Source of the DNA: Zygophlyctis sp. KS116
Lineage: Eukaryota; Fungi; Chytridiomycota
DNA length: 8,112 nucleotides
NCBI GenBank assembly: GCA_054661495.1
Contig: BAAFSQ010000387.1
Coordinates: forward strand, 1 to 8,112
Direction: 5' to 3'
In this document: in pieces, positions 6,904 through 8,112 of the stretch
Position numbering within the stretch: the first letter of the stretch is position 1
Layout: the number at the start of each line of letters is the position of its first letter
Made by a program: the position numbers and the translations under genes
The notes under the pieces: generated by a model
What the model saw: the letters and a program-made list of their open reading frames with translations, nothing else
What the model was told of the DNA's origin: nothing
Databases searched by the model: none

Positions 6904-8108
6904 TTATTTGACTGCTTTTTTCAAATACTTTTCAATGTCCATATAATTCTCTGTAGGAACTCTAGTAATTTCTCGTCCGAAAAATGTCTCAATTGCCTTC
7001 ATTTCACGGAAACTTGATTCATCATGAACAAAATTAATACTAACCCCAGTTCTTCCAAACCTACCAGTCCTTCCAATTCTATGAAGATATGTTTCTGGAT
7101 CTGGTCGCATATTACCATCCAATGGCATATCAAAGTTTATAACAAGATTAACTTGTAATATATCTATTCCTCGAGCAATAACATTAGTTGTAATTAATAC
7201 TTTAGATCTTCCATCACGGAAATCATCAATAACTTTATCTCTTTCTTCTGCATCAAATTTACCATGTAAAACTGTAACTGCATGTCCTTGTGCTTTCATT
7301 GCAACTGCTAAAGAGTCTGCAGTATCTCTTCTCTTTTAATTTTAAAAAATTTTAAAAATCTTACTCGAACAAATATAATACTTTGACCAATTGTTAAAAG
7401 ACCATAAATAGCACATAGCACTTGTGTTTTATGATCTTCATTTTTACAATCCATATAAAATTGTTTAATTCCATCAACTGATAATTCTTCTTGTTTTAGA
7501 GAAATCATATTTGCATTTGGAGCAAATTTTTGAGCAAATTCTTGTAAAACTTTAGGAAAAGTAGCAGAAAAAAGTACAATTTGACAAGATTTTGAAAGTG
7601 TTTTTTTAACTCTTACAGACTGATCTCCCAATCCTTGTCCATCCAACATATTATCTGCTTCATCTAAAACAAATATTTTAACTTTTGAGACATCTAATGC
7701 ACGTCTTCTGATTAAATCTGCAACGGTCCCAGGAGTTCCAATTACAACTTGTGCTTCAACTTTATCTCCTTTTTAGATTAGATAAAGTCTAAATACCTTT
7801 TGCAACGGCCTCTCTAATAGCATAAGCAGTAGTCACACTAGTATATTTCCCCATTTCTCGTAGTACATCCATAGACTGCCTAGCCAACTCTCTTGCAGGA
7901 GATAAACAAATAGCTTGAGTCGCGGGATCTTTTAAATCGACTCTAGACAACATTGCTAGTACGAATGCAGCGGTTTTACCTGTTCCAGACTGTGACTGAC
8001 CTATAAAATTTTGACATGGATTCATTAGTAGCAGAGGTAAAGCTTTTTCTTGAATTTTTGAAGGTTTTTTAAATCCCATCCCATAAACTCCCTTGAGCAG
8101 TTGCTGAT
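6904..8108 (-). CDS. DBP5: DEAD-box RNA helicase Dbp5/DDX19 (mRNA export), 5' end outside the window
   Basis: Exons (minus strand) ~8108-7797, 7768-7365, 7332-6904, with introns 7796-7769 and 7364-7333. Motifs: [79 protein letters not shown] probable intron acceptor (TAG) sits at the window edge, 8109-8111. Confidence 0.96.
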
Positions 8109-8112
8109 CTAT

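Noticed and set aside
1-8112. Microsporidian or bacterial origin
   Set aside because: Cytochrome c and COA3 imply a respiring mitochondrion, which canonical microsporidia lack. High intron density, DSN1 and DBP5 exclude bacteria.

Overview
AT-rich, very compact eukaryotic nuclear DNA, not bacterial. The ORF track is fragmented because the genes are split by about 20 very short spliceosomal introns, nearly all 24-32 nt. Manual splicing gives eight genes: a Dsn1/Mis13-like kinetochore subunit (+), an intronless secreted/membrane protein of unknown function (-), a run of five + strand genes (COA3-like, cysteine desulfurase NFS1, a divergent RhoGAP-domain protein, a divergent Ysc84/SYLF-domain protein with a Q/N/M/G-rich tail, and cytochrome c), and the 5'-truncated DEAD-box helicase DBP5 (-). 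Gene content points to a respiring, probably early-diverging fungus (chytrid- or rozellid-like); this is inference. The notable biology is architectural: tiny introns without a canonical branch site, GC-AG and AAG splice variants, 16-29 nt intergenic gaps, stop codons embedded in AATAAA, and an operon-like gene run. I see no mobile element, CRISPR array, RNA gene or clearly new multi-gene system. All gene models were spliced by hand and all family calls come from motif recognition, not database searches.
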